Virus record (IMG/VR): IMGVR_UViG_3300033153_003354
Coordinates: 17,383-81,382 of that record
Strand: one strand, 5' to 3'
Origin: a virus
Length of the DNA: 64,000 bases
The position numbers were made by a program, and so were the translations under genes. A model generated the notes under the pieces. That model saw only the letters and a list, made by a program, of their open reading frames with translations. It did not search any database and was not told where the DNA came from. Below, piece after piece: positions 30,133-38,597 of the stretch (the stretch's first letter is position 1; the number at the start of each line of letters is the position of its first letter).

Positions 30133-31713
30133 TTAACCCTTTCTGAAAAATTTATCTATTTTACTGGAAACACCATTTCTTATTCCCGGCAACATTGCAG
30201 AGATTAAATTAGATCCGGCTGTTCCTGCACTCATGTCTGTACCCAAAGCAAATTCTGAAGATGAATCATTCCACAAGTTATGACCATGAACCATTAAAAT
30301 AACAGCGTTTACAATATCATCTCTATATCCTTTTTCATGTTTATACCTAAATCTTCCAGAAGGGAGTTTTTTCTTTGTGAATTTCTCAAATTGATTGGTT
30401 TGTTCTTCATCCATCATTAAATTAATCCCTGGTTGTGGTTGTTGCTCTGCCAAAATTGTAAATTCATCTACCATCATTGCTTTTAATTCATTATTATATG
30501 TTATTGGTTCCAAATAATCTATTTTTTCATCTAACAAATCATAAACTGGAGTACCAACACCAGTATAATCAACACATGCAACAACAGGATTATACATATT
30601 CAAATCTTCTTCGATCTCATCAATTATCCTTGCATAAGATTTATCACCTATTCTATTTAAATATATTTGATTTAATGAAAATTTATCATTTGGTAACTTT
30701 ACTTTTTTACCAATTGATACAACTGTTTCTGCTGGTGATTTACCTATATCAATTCCAGCATAATATTCTTGACCATCTATATATGGTTCTTCACAATTGA
30801 TTGTAGTAAGTTCTTTTAATAATAAATATCTCCAAACATTACCAACATCAAAATTCCATTTAAGTAAAAATTCCTGATCAAAAGATGCTTTTGGCGTGGT
30901 TGCTTTCATCGTGTTAACATAATTTAAATTTGTAAGAGGACTTTCTAAATATGTTTGTGTAACAACTCTCATGTCTGTTTTTCCTGCTCGTTCTGCTTTT
31001 TGATATTCGATAAATGTATCATGAAAATGATTTTTCCCAGCGGGTGTTCCTGTTTCAAAAACACGTGCATTAGTAGTTGAACCAGACGGTTTTATATCTT
31101 CATGATATACCCTATCTGATATATCCTGGGATTCGTCCAGTCTTATTTTTGTTGGTGAAAATCCCCTAACATGTGATTGATCTGAAGCAGAAAGAACTGT
31201 AATTTTATTTCCATTTCTAAACTGAACCAATTCTTTAGTGAATTCTTCTGTAAATCCCATTAATATATTGTTCCCCTTTATAAACTTTCTAATATGCCCA
31301 AAGATGATGTCTGCTTGTTTTTTTATTGGAGCATATATGATGGTTTCTTCTGTATCATCTTCGGCATAAATATCTTCATGTATTTCATCTACAGCAACAA
31401 TAAATGATTTTCCGCCTTGTCTATTAAATAAAAACAAACCAAACTGACAATTTCTAGTAACATTTACAACATCCATTTGTTTTGGTGTTATTTCTACTGG
31501 TTTATTTCTTACAGTTAATAAATTTCTAGCAAAAACATCAATATAATTTTCCATACTATCTAAAAATATTTGAAAATCATCTTTGGTTATAGAGTGTTTT
31601 GTATTTGGTATATGACTTCCTTTAACATCTCTAACATCAAAGTAATCAGCAAATTCCTCATCTTTACTAGCTTCTGCCACCGCACGTGGAACATCGTTGG
31701 TTCTAAAACTCAT
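30133..31713 (-). CDS. Terminase large subunit
   Basis: Walker A RQGGKS, Walker B RLDE, motif GTP, RNase H-like nuclease GIDIG ... DDIVNA. Confidence 0.95.
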   Translation of the reverse strand: MSFRTNDVPRAVAEASKDEEFADYFDVRDVKGSHIPNTKHSITKDDFQIFLDSMENYIDVFARNLLTVRNKPVEITPKQMDVVNVTRNCQFGLFLFNRQGGKSFIVAVDEIHEDIYAEDDTEETIIYAPIKKQADIIFGHIRKFIKGNNILMGFTEEFTKELVQFRNGNKITVLSASDQSHVRGFSPTKIRLDESQDISDRVYHEDIKPSGSTTNARVFETGTPAGKNHFHDTFIEYQKAERAGKTDMRVVTQTYLESPLTNLNYVNTMKATTPKASFDQEFLLKWNFDVGNVWRYLLLKELTTINCEEPYIDGQEYYAGIDIGKSPAETVVSIGKKVKLPNDKFSLNQIYLNRIGDKSYARIIDEIEEDLNMYNPVVACVDYTGVGTPVYDLLDEKIDYLEPITYNNELKAMMVDEFTILAEQQPQPGINLMMDEEQTNQFEKFTKKKLPSGRFRYKHEKGYRDDIVNAVILMVHGHNLWNDSSSEFALGTDMSAGTAGSNLISAMLPGIRNGVSSKIDKFFRKG

Positions 31714-31937
31714 ATTAGACCAAATTTAAATGCTAATCCAACACCAATAGATATTGCAACTATTACACCAGTTACAATAGCAACTATTTTTTTGTTTTTA
31801 GTTGTCAATGTAATTTCTGGTTCTGGATCATCATCAAGATTTATTTTAAATCCAACTTCATCTTCTGTACTTATAACTTCTATTGATGGATCAATTCCAA
31901 TATCTTTCAATTCTTCTGATATAGTTTTATCTGTCAT
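31710..31937 (-). CDS. Small membrane protein
   Basis: C-terminal hydrophobic helix IVAIVTGVIVAISIGVGLAF. Confidence 0.65.
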   Translation of the reverse strand: MTDKTISEELKDIGIDPSIEVISTEDEVGFKINLDDDPEPEITLTTKNKKIVAIVTGVIVAISIGVGLAFKFGLI

Positions 31938-32054
31938 TTTATCACCTATGTTATCTCACAGCTTGGATTCCATTGTTCCTTTTTTCTTTTCTTATGTCCT
32001 TGACTTATCATTTCACCTTTAGTTTGTTGGACATAATCACTTAAAGAAATTGTT

Positions 32055-32495
32055 CTATTTTCCTTTTTCTTTGTCATTTCCATCACCCCGAACATTAAAA
32101 TATTGTGACATTGCTGTTGCCATTAATTCTTTGAAATCTTTTGATGGGTCGATCTCAACTCTGCTTTTATCTCCTCTAATGGAACGGATTGATACTTGCA
32201 TTTGTTCTTGAACTCCTGCTAAATGTGATCTTTCTTTTGATAGATGTTTTAATGTAGCTGTTCCTTCAGTATCATTTGCTACCATACGTTCCAATCTATC
32301 TATTATAATTTCGCTGCGTGCTATTTGAGTAATATACCAATCATGTAATACTGAATCATATTCTCCATAAAGTTCAATGAATTTGTTTTTTAGTTCATTA
32401 ATTCTATTAATATATCGTGATTGTTCATCTGGATCATCAAAAAAATCATCATCCGTGTTGACCATTTTTATCAGTGAAACAGTATTATAACTCAT
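32055..32495 (-). CDS. Probable terminase small subunit
   Basis: Helical protein upstream of terL; late-type promoter CCAAAAAGTTTATATAGT at about 32496-32513; true start may be Met11. Confidence 0.55.
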   Translation of the reverse strand: MSYNTVSLIKMVNTDDDFFDDPDEQSRYINRINELKNKFIELYGEYDSVLHDWYITQIARSEIIIDRLERMVANDTEGTATLKHLSKERSHLAGVQEQMQVSIRSIRGDKSRVEIDPSKDFKELMATAMSQYFNVRGDGNDKEKGK

Positions 32496-32554
32496 ACTAT
32501 ATAAACTTTTTGGTTAAAATGGGATAAAGTTTTAATACTTGTTATATATTACCA

Positions 32555-33178
32555 ATGTTAATGATTGGAAATACCATTCTTAAACTAACAGATTCAGAAT
32601 TCTTGGAAAAACTAGAAAAGATAATACAACTTCTTGGTAATGATAACAAACTAGAATTTATTTGGCTAACTTCATCAAATAAAGAAATCAGTACTGATTT
32701 CCCATTAATTGTTTTTGAAGAAAAAGATTCTGGTGATATGAAAACAATGAAATATACAGAATTTTCAACATGGCAAAGTGCTAGACATGAAAAGAAAATT
32801 AGAGTAAAACTTAAAAACACAAGATCAGAATATAGTACATTAAAACCATCTTCGGTCAAATTAAAAATTATATCAACAAAGTTAAAATCATCAATTTCTA
32901 AACCAAAGATGAATAAATATGTTTGTAAAAAATGTCAATCTATACGAACATATTATAAAGAACAAGAAGGATTATATAGGGTTTTGAAACCAGAAGATGA
33001 TGTTGTTAAAGGTATTATACCCAAACGATGCCATTCATGTTTAGATTGGTTATTTAGAGGATCACAAATGACTGAAGGAACATGTCCCTTACCTAGAATA
33101 CTTGAACGATATACACCACAATTAATGTTTGAATACGAAAAAGACATTGAAGAAAATGAAATGTCCGATTTTTTCTAG
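32555..33178 (+). CDS. Zn-binding protein with C-terminal PIP-like motif
   Basis: CKKC and CHSC pairs; ends ENEMSDFF. Confidence 0.6.
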   Translation: MLMIGNTILKLTDSEFLEKLEKIIQLLGNDNKLEFIWLTSSNKEISTDFPLIVFEEKDSGDMKTMKYTEFSTWQSARHEKKIRVKLKNTRSEYSTLKPSSVKLKIISTKLKSSISKPKMNKYVCKKCQSIRTYYKEQEGLYRVLKPEDDVVKGIIPKRCHSCLDWLFRGSQMTEGTCPLPRILERYTPQLMFEYEKDIEENEMSDFF

Positions 33179-33230
33179 TTCCACCACTAATTAGGAAAGG
33201 TTTATATAGTTTGAAGTATATACAACATTT

Positions 33231-33368
33231 ATGGTATCATATATCAAAAGAGCAAGAAAAATAGGAGGATCCTTGGTTGTAACAATACCAATGGAAATAG
33301 CAGAAATATTAGAAATAAAAGATCGTGACTTTGTTAAAGTTGTATTGGAAAAGGTAAATGAAAAATGA
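33231..33368 (+). CDS. AbrB/MazE-type DNA-binding protein (45 aa, absent from the ORF track)
   Basis: MVSYIKRARKIGGSLVVTIPMEIAEILEIKDRDFVKVVLEK; leaderless after TTTATATA at 33201; ATGA overlap with tnpB. Confidence 0.88.
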   Translation: MVSYIKRARKIGGSLVVTIPMEIAEILEIKDRDFVKVVLEKVNEK

Positions 33369-34375
33369 TATTGACATTCAAGATTAGACATAACCGAGAT
33401 TTCACTGATGAATTGGTAAAAGCCAAAAAGATAGCAGAATTTGGAATAAAAACAAAGGCTTTATCTTCTGCTGCTGTTAAACATATTGGGTTAAAATCTG
33501 CAATAGCATGTCAAATTTTACGTAAATATTCTAAAAATAAAAAATGTAAATCTGCATCAAACGTATTATTAACAATCCCTGGACAAGTTATAAAACACGA
33601 TAAAGAAAAACAAACAATATGGATTGCTTGTTTAAAACTGAATTTGGATTATTATTTTCGTAATGATTTTGAAAAAATAAATCAAATTGAAATTAATGAT
33701 AAATATGCATTTGTATCAATAACAATACCAGATGAAAAACAAATAAAACCAGAGGGATATATTGGTGTAGATCTAAATACAACTGGTCATTCGGTTGTTA
33801 TTGGAAATCCAGAAACAGGAAAGGTTGTCAAGATGGGTAAAAATGCTCATCATATTCATAAAAAATATAGTAAGATAAGAAAAAATTTACAGAAAAAAGG
33901 CAAATTTGGGAGATTGAAAAAACACAAAAATAAAGAAAATAGAATAATTAAAGATATGAATCATAAGATGAGTAGAAAAATTGTCAATATGGCAAATGAA
34001 AATAATAATGGTATAAAATTGGAAGATTTAAAAGGAATAAAAAATAGAGTTAAATCATCAAAATCATTCAAATATTCTTTGAACAGTTGGTCATTTTATC
34101 AGTTACAGAAAATGATAGAATATAAAGCCAAGATGCTAGGAATACCAGTAATTTATATTGAACCACAATACACAAGTCAGTTGTGTTCAAGATGTGGTCT
34201 TATAGGTAACAGAAATGGTAAGAAATTTAAATGTCCAAGTTGTAACCATGTTGATAATGCCGATGTAAATGCTTCATTCAATATAGCACTACGTCCAGAA
34301 GGTATGTATCAATTCGATGCAGACAGAGATGTATCGGAAGGGTTTAATGGTAATCCTAAAGAGGAAATGGTATGA
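33365..34375 (+). CDS. tnpB: TnpB / Cas12f-like RNA-guided nuclease
   Basis: RuvC-I GVDLN, RuvC-II LEDL, TSQLCSRC...CPSC zinc finger, RuvC-III ADVNASFNIA; all catalytic acids intact; no tnpA in the window. Confidence 0.93.
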   Translation: MILTFKIRHNRDFTDELVKAKKIAEFGIKTKALSSAAVKHIGLKSAIACQILRKYSKNKKCKSASNVLLTIPGQVIKHDKEKQTIWIACLKLNLDYYFRNDFEKINQIEINDKYAFVSITIPDEKQIKPEGYIGVDLNTTGHSVVIGNPETGKVVKMGKNAHHIHKKYSKIRKNLQKKGKFGRLKKHKNKENRIIKDMNHKMSRKIVNMANENNNGIKLEDLKGIKNRVKSSKSFKYSLNSWSFYQLQKMIEYKAKMLGIPVIYIEPQYTSQLCSRCGLIGNRNGKKFKCPSCNHVDNADVNASFNIALRPEGMYQFDADRDVSEGFNGNPKEEMV

Positions 34376-34440
34376 ATGATACTAACCTTAAATATTGATA
34401 AATTAATTTATCAATGAACCATTTGTTTACATGAGACACC
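34305..34440 (+). ncRNA. Putative omega-RNA scaffold and guide overlapping the tnpB 3' end
   Basis: Stems CGATGC/GTATCG, GGGTT/AATCC, GGTAT/ATACT; 22-nt palindrome ATTGATAAATTAATTTATCAAT; AATGGT loop complementary to downstream ACCATT (pseudoknot); boundaries approximate. Confidence 0.55.
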
Positions 34441-34769
34441 CAGAAATAATTTTTAAAATTTACGCAATCTGCGGAGATGATGTTTTTAATACGAATGATA
34501 TTTTATTAGATTTGAAGGATACTGGATATACAAGAACACCAACAAGTAAGGCTTTGGGTAGACACTTGAGGGGTTGTCCACTTTTTGAATTTAAAGGACA
34601 TATAAGATATGTAAAATCACACAGAACATATCAAATTTCAACATGGAAAAGAATCAACATTGATGAATTAAATGGAAAATATGATAAGGAAACAATAAAT
34701 GAATGGAAAAGGAAAATTGCAAAAACCCCCAAAGCGGGGTCTTCTTCTAAAAATAACACCAGAAGATAG
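34431..34769 (+). CDS. Winged-helix-like DNA-binding protein
   Basis: FNTNDIL...PTSKALGRHLR...F...TW pattern; basic. Confidence 0.55.
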   Translation: MRHPEIIFKIYAICGDDVFNTNDILLDLKDTGYTRTPTSKALGRHLRGCPLFEFKGHIRYVKSHRTYQISTWKRINIDELNGKYDKETINEWKRKIAKTPKAGSSSKNNTRR

Positions 34770-34843
34770 AAAATTATTAGATGAAGGATATACAATAATG
34801 TTTGAATTTGCAAATGGAATGAATATAGGAATAAGGATAGAAG

Positions 34844-35383
34844 ATGAACAATTTTGAAATTAATAATCTTTTAAACATACCAAAACGAATGGGTGTACAA
34901 ATAGATTTAATAGATTTTGATGCTCATATAGATTCTACTCTTTCTTATAATGAAAATAAATTAATAATTACAAATTTATGTATTCCACTTTCTGAACAAC
35001 CAATTAATAATAAATATTTAGATCGACAAAATTCAAAAATTGTTCGGGCAATGAATAAAATAGTATGTTGTGTATATTGTAATGAAATTACCGAGAAAAC
35101 CAAAGATGGATATAAACACCGTCTTGGGTGTCAGATGATACACACAGCATGTAAAAAATTTAATGTTCCAAAAATTATAGAAGAACAAATTCGTGAAAAA
35201 ACAATTGATTGTTTTGAAGAATTGAAACCAAAAGATTGGAAACAGAAAAAGATTATTATAGGTGTACTTCTTTGGCAACTTGGAAACATCAAACAAAATG
35301 CAATAAAACGCAGGATTGATGTTTCACCAAGATCCCTCTCAAGATGGAGGGATAAAGTGATGAAAATAGTCAACGGGGAATAA
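34844..35383 (+). CDS. TFB/TFIIB-like protein (single cyclin-like repeat with HTH, Zn-binding CxxC)
   Basis: IHTACKKFNVPKIIEEQ...IKQNAIKRRIDVSPRSLSRW resembles the TFB cyclin repeat and BRE-binding HTH. Confidence 0.55.
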   Translation: MNNFEINNLLNIPKRMGVQIDLIDFDAHIDSTLSYNENKLIITNLCIPLSEQPINNKYLDRQNSKIVRAMNKIVCCVYCNEITEKTKDGYKHRLGCQMIHTACKKFNVPKIIEEQIREKTIDCFEELKPKDWKQKKIIIGVLLWQLGNIKQNAIKRRIDVSPRSLSRWRDKVMKIVNGE

Positions 35384-35385
35384 AA

Positions 35386-35790
35386 ATGTCTAAAACAGCA
35401 AAAGAAGAAGATAATTTTGCAGAAGTTAGAAAAAAATTATTGGAAAAAGGATTTACAGAAGATGAAATTGAAGCAACAATACAAAAATATAAAGATGATG
35501 GTATTGTTTATTTAAATAATCCAGATACCATTGATGCCTTGAAAGCTAACTTGGAACCAATTGACGAAGAAGATGTTGATCCAGAACACACAGAACAATC
35601 AACCCATCCACAAACAGAAAAGAATTTTGTATCATTATCAATTTCTTTTGGTGATATAGAAATTGGAATACATGAACAAAGCGATGATGAAGTTGAAGAA
35701 CTTATGGAAATTGCTGTTAATGGTGTTGCTAAAATAATGAAATTAATTCCTAAAAAAGAATCTCCAGAGTTCGACCCCATGTATGTGTGA
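35386..35790 (+). CDS. Acidic hypothetical protein
   Basis: 134 aa ORF in the operon. Confidence 0.6.
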   Translation: MSKTAKEEDNFAEVRKKLLEKGFTEDEIEATIQKYKDDGIVYLNNPDTIDALKANLEPIDEEDVDPEHTEQSTHPQTEKNFVSLSISFGDIEIGIHEQSDDEVEELMEIAVNGVAKIMKLIPKKESPEFDPMYV

Positions 35791-35963
35791 TGTTATGAGA
35801 TGTGCTGGGTGTGGGAAAAAATTAAAACCCACAAAGGAACCCAAAGATGCTGTTGTTTACTGTGTTCGTTGTAGCAGAGATGAGTTTCAATCTTTGGAAA
35901 AAGAATTACACGATATGCAATATTAGTCCATCTTTGGAAAACTTTATATACTTATAATAGTAT

Positions 35964-36785
35964 GTGACATTACGTGAAACAATGAAAGTTTGGAAAAGAC
36001 CACATGACAATCTCACTTACCGAGATAGGTGTGTTGAAGATACTGCTCGGCATCAATGTGAAATCATTAATCGACCTAACAAAACATTATTTTTTGCGTG
36101 TGAAAACGGAAGTAGAACATATGGATTTATGCGTGAAGATAGTGATGTTGATATTCGTGGTGTATATTTGGAATCTTCTAGTTCACTAATTGGATTACAC
36201 AAACCAAAAGACACCATCACTGGTATAGATCAAACTGGATATTTGGATTGGCAATTATTTGAAATTCGTAAATTTATGAATTTAATTCTGAAGTCAAATT
36301 TAAATTGTTTAGAGTGGATATTTAATCATCAATCTTACGTTAATCTTCAATGTCACAATGAATTTAGAGATCTGATGAAACTTTCAAAACAATGTATTAC
36401 TCGAAAATTAGGAAATCATGCCAGAGGATGGGCATATCAAATATATAAAATGGATTGGAATGAACCAAAAAAGTGTCTATATGCCATTCGACCTCTTATG
36501 TTATATATTATTCTAATGAGAGATGAACTATTCATATCGGACATTAGAGAGCTTGGTAGGCGAATGGAAATAGAAGATCATATCAACAATCTGATTAATG
36601 TTAGAAATGAAAATCTACCAACACCAAGACATTTAAAAGATAAGAATGTCAAAATATATGAAGAATTTGTTGAATTGAGTAGAAAATTAGAATCAGATTG
36701 TTGGATCCCGAAAAAACTACCAGACAGTATTGAAAATGAAATGAATGAACAACTTCTTTGGTTAAGAATGAAACCATTTACGTAG
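35964..36785 (+). CDS. DNA polymerase-beta superfamily nucleotidyltransferase (RlaP/PF10127-like)
   Basis: ENGSRTYGF..EDSDVDIRGVY and FEIRKF...KSNLNCLEWI motifs. Confidence 0.88.
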   Translation: MTLRETMKVWKRPHDNLTYRDRCVEDTARHQCEIINRPNKTLFFACENGSRTYGFMREDSDVDIRGVYLESSSSLIGLHKPKDTITGIDQTGYLDWQLFEIRKFMNLILKSNLNCLEWIFNHQSYVNLQCHNEFRDLMKLSKQCITRKLGNHARGWAYQIYKMDWNEPKKCLYAIRPLMLYIILMRDELFISDIRELGRRMEIEDHINNLINVRNENLPTPRHLKDKNVKIYEEFVELSRKLESDCWIPKKLPDSIENEMNEQLLWLRMKPFT

Positions 36786-37954
36786 GTGAAAAAATGAGTA
36801 GAAAAATGAGTGAAGAAAATGCATCTCCATCAAAAGAAAAAATGGAAGATATAATTTTAATTAAATCTAATAGTCAATTTCTTATTGAAAATATAGAATA
36901 TATTAAAGATAAATATAAACCACACATTAAAAACAAACCAATAATAAATGCTATAAATAATTCACCTTCTTTGATAGGTATAATTAAGTGGGCGATTAAA
37001 AATACAAAAGAATTACATGATGTTATATATAGAAATTATGAAGATTCATATGGAAACAAAACTCTACCGACACATTTTGTTGCGGTTGGGGACAATTGGA
37101 CATTAATTATATCTCCAATGTATCATGAAAGAATATCACTTTTGTTTACAGATACCAAAGAAACATATGATAAAATAACAGATATTACACCAGAATATTA
37201 TAATCCTGGAAACTACCGCATTAATAGTTGTATTGGTGGTTTTTATTTAGACCCAATTGATATAAAACCTGGAACATCACCAATTTTAGATAATGATTTG
37301 CAAACAACTGTAATCGAAGATATAAAAAGATTTTATGATTTTGCTGATTTTTACAAAGAACACGAATTACCACATATGCGTGGTATTTTGTTTCATGGTC
37401 CACCTGGAAATGGAAAAACCAGTTTAATTTTATCTACAATTAAGGAAATAAAAGATTCTTATAATATAATAATGCCACTTGATATTGTTGGTCTTGATGT
37501 TATGAAATATTTATCAACGGTTTTAAAACCAGAAGATAAAAAAATCATTATATTAGAAGATATAGATGGTGTAGATAAATATGAAAGAAGTAACATTTTA
37601 AATTTTCTTGATGGTATAAATGGCATGGAAAACACAATTATCCTTGGAACAACCAATTATATTCACTTGGTAGATGCAGCAATGGTAGATAGACCAAGTA
37701 GATTTGATAGAATATATCATATTGATCTACCATCTGCCAGTTCTAGAAAGAAATTAATAAAACAATTCTTTCCTGATGTTACCGAAGATGAACTTAAATC
37801 TGCTGTTATTAACACAGATGAATTTCCTGGTTGTTTTTTTAAAGAGATTTTCCTTGTTTCTAATTTACAAAACCTATCATTGGGAGAAGCGATTAAAGAA
37901 CTGAAAATACATTTACAAAATCATAAGAAAAACACCAGAGTTGAATGTGTATGA
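36758..37954 (+). CDS. AAA+ ATPase (BCS1-like)
   Basis: Walker A GPPGNGKT, Walker B ILEDID, TTN, DRPSRFD; start probably at Met near 36794. Confidence 0.9.
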   Translation: MVKNETIYVGEKMSRKMSEENASPSKEKMEDIILIKSNSQFLIENIEYIKDKYKPHIKNKPIINAINNSPSLIGIIKWAIKNTKELHDVIYRNYEDSYGNKTLPTHFVAVGDNWTLIISPMYHERISLLFTDTKETYDKITDITPEYYNPGNYRINSCIGGFYLDPIDIKPGTSPILDNDLQTTVIEDIKRFYDFADFYKEHELPHMRGILFHGPPGNGKTSLILSTIKEIKDSYNIIMPLDIVGLDVMKYLSTVLKPEDKKIIILEDIDGVDKYERSNILNFLDGINGMENTIILGTTNYIHLVDAAMVDRPSRFDRIYHIDLPSASSRKKLIKQFFPDVTEDELKSAVINTDEFPGCFFKEIFLVSNLQNLSLGEAIKELKIHLQNHKKNTRVECV

Positions 37955-38597
37955 CAAAATGGAAAGATATAACAGATGGAGAATAAAATGTTACCAATAC
38001 AATATGATTATGAAACATTATATGTGTATAGCATATCAGTTGGATGGCCGGAGGATGATGAAGATGAGTAACATCTTTTTTGTGGCAGATGAACATTACC
38101 AGCATCACAACATAATCGGCTACACGAATCGACCATTCAAAGATTTGTCAACAATGCACAACGCATTGATAAGAAATTTCAACGAATTCGTATCCGAAGA
38201 TGATTTGACATATCATCTTGGGGATTTTTCTGTAACAAGACAAGTGGAACAAGAACACAAGCTAATGAAAATCCTAGATCGACTGAATGGAAGACATATT
38301 CTTATCATGGGGAATCATGATTATCTGAAAGCCCAACATTATATTGATATTGGTTTTCAAGAATTTCATTCATATCTATATCTTGAAGAGTATAAGTTAC
38401 ATTTAACACACGATCCAGCAGTTACCCAAGTCTTACCAGATGCCAATTGGCTCTGTGGACATGTCCACGGACTGTTCAAGCAAGTTGGTAATGTTATCAA
38501 TGTTGGAGTAGATGTTTGGGATTACAAGCCCGTATCGTTGGAAGTAGTGCAGAGTATGTTAATGTTTGCGGAGGATGAATATGGCAACATGTTATAA
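37941..38597 (+). CDS. Calcineurin-like metallophosphoesterase
   Basis: DEH, LGD, GNHD, H, GHVH motifs; true start probably near 38056-38065. Confidence 0.92.
   Translation: MNVYDKMERYNRWRIKCYQYNMIMKHYMCIAYQLDGRRMMKMSNIFFVADEHYQHHNIIGYTNRPFKDLSTMHNALIRNFNEFVSEDDLTYHLGDFSVTRQVEQEHKLMKILDRLNGRHILIMGNHDYLKAQHYIDIGFQEFHSYLYLEEYKLHLTHDPAVTQVLPDANWLCGHVHGLFKQVGNVINVGVDVWDYKPVSLEVVQSMLMFAEDEYGNML

Noticed and set aside
4251-32022. Numerous plus-strand ORFs inside the virion module (e.g. 4251, 8020, 10982, 18542, 26864, 28681)
   Set aside because: Antisense shadows of well-supported minus-strand genes, with no RBS or motifs
33191-33391. 66-aa minus-strand ORF
   Set aside because: Shadow of the plus-strand AbrB gene
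34422-34440. Self-targeting by the TnpB guide (10-nt matches at 37141 and near 3123)
   Set aside because: 10-nt AT-rich matches are expected by chance in 128 kb of both strands
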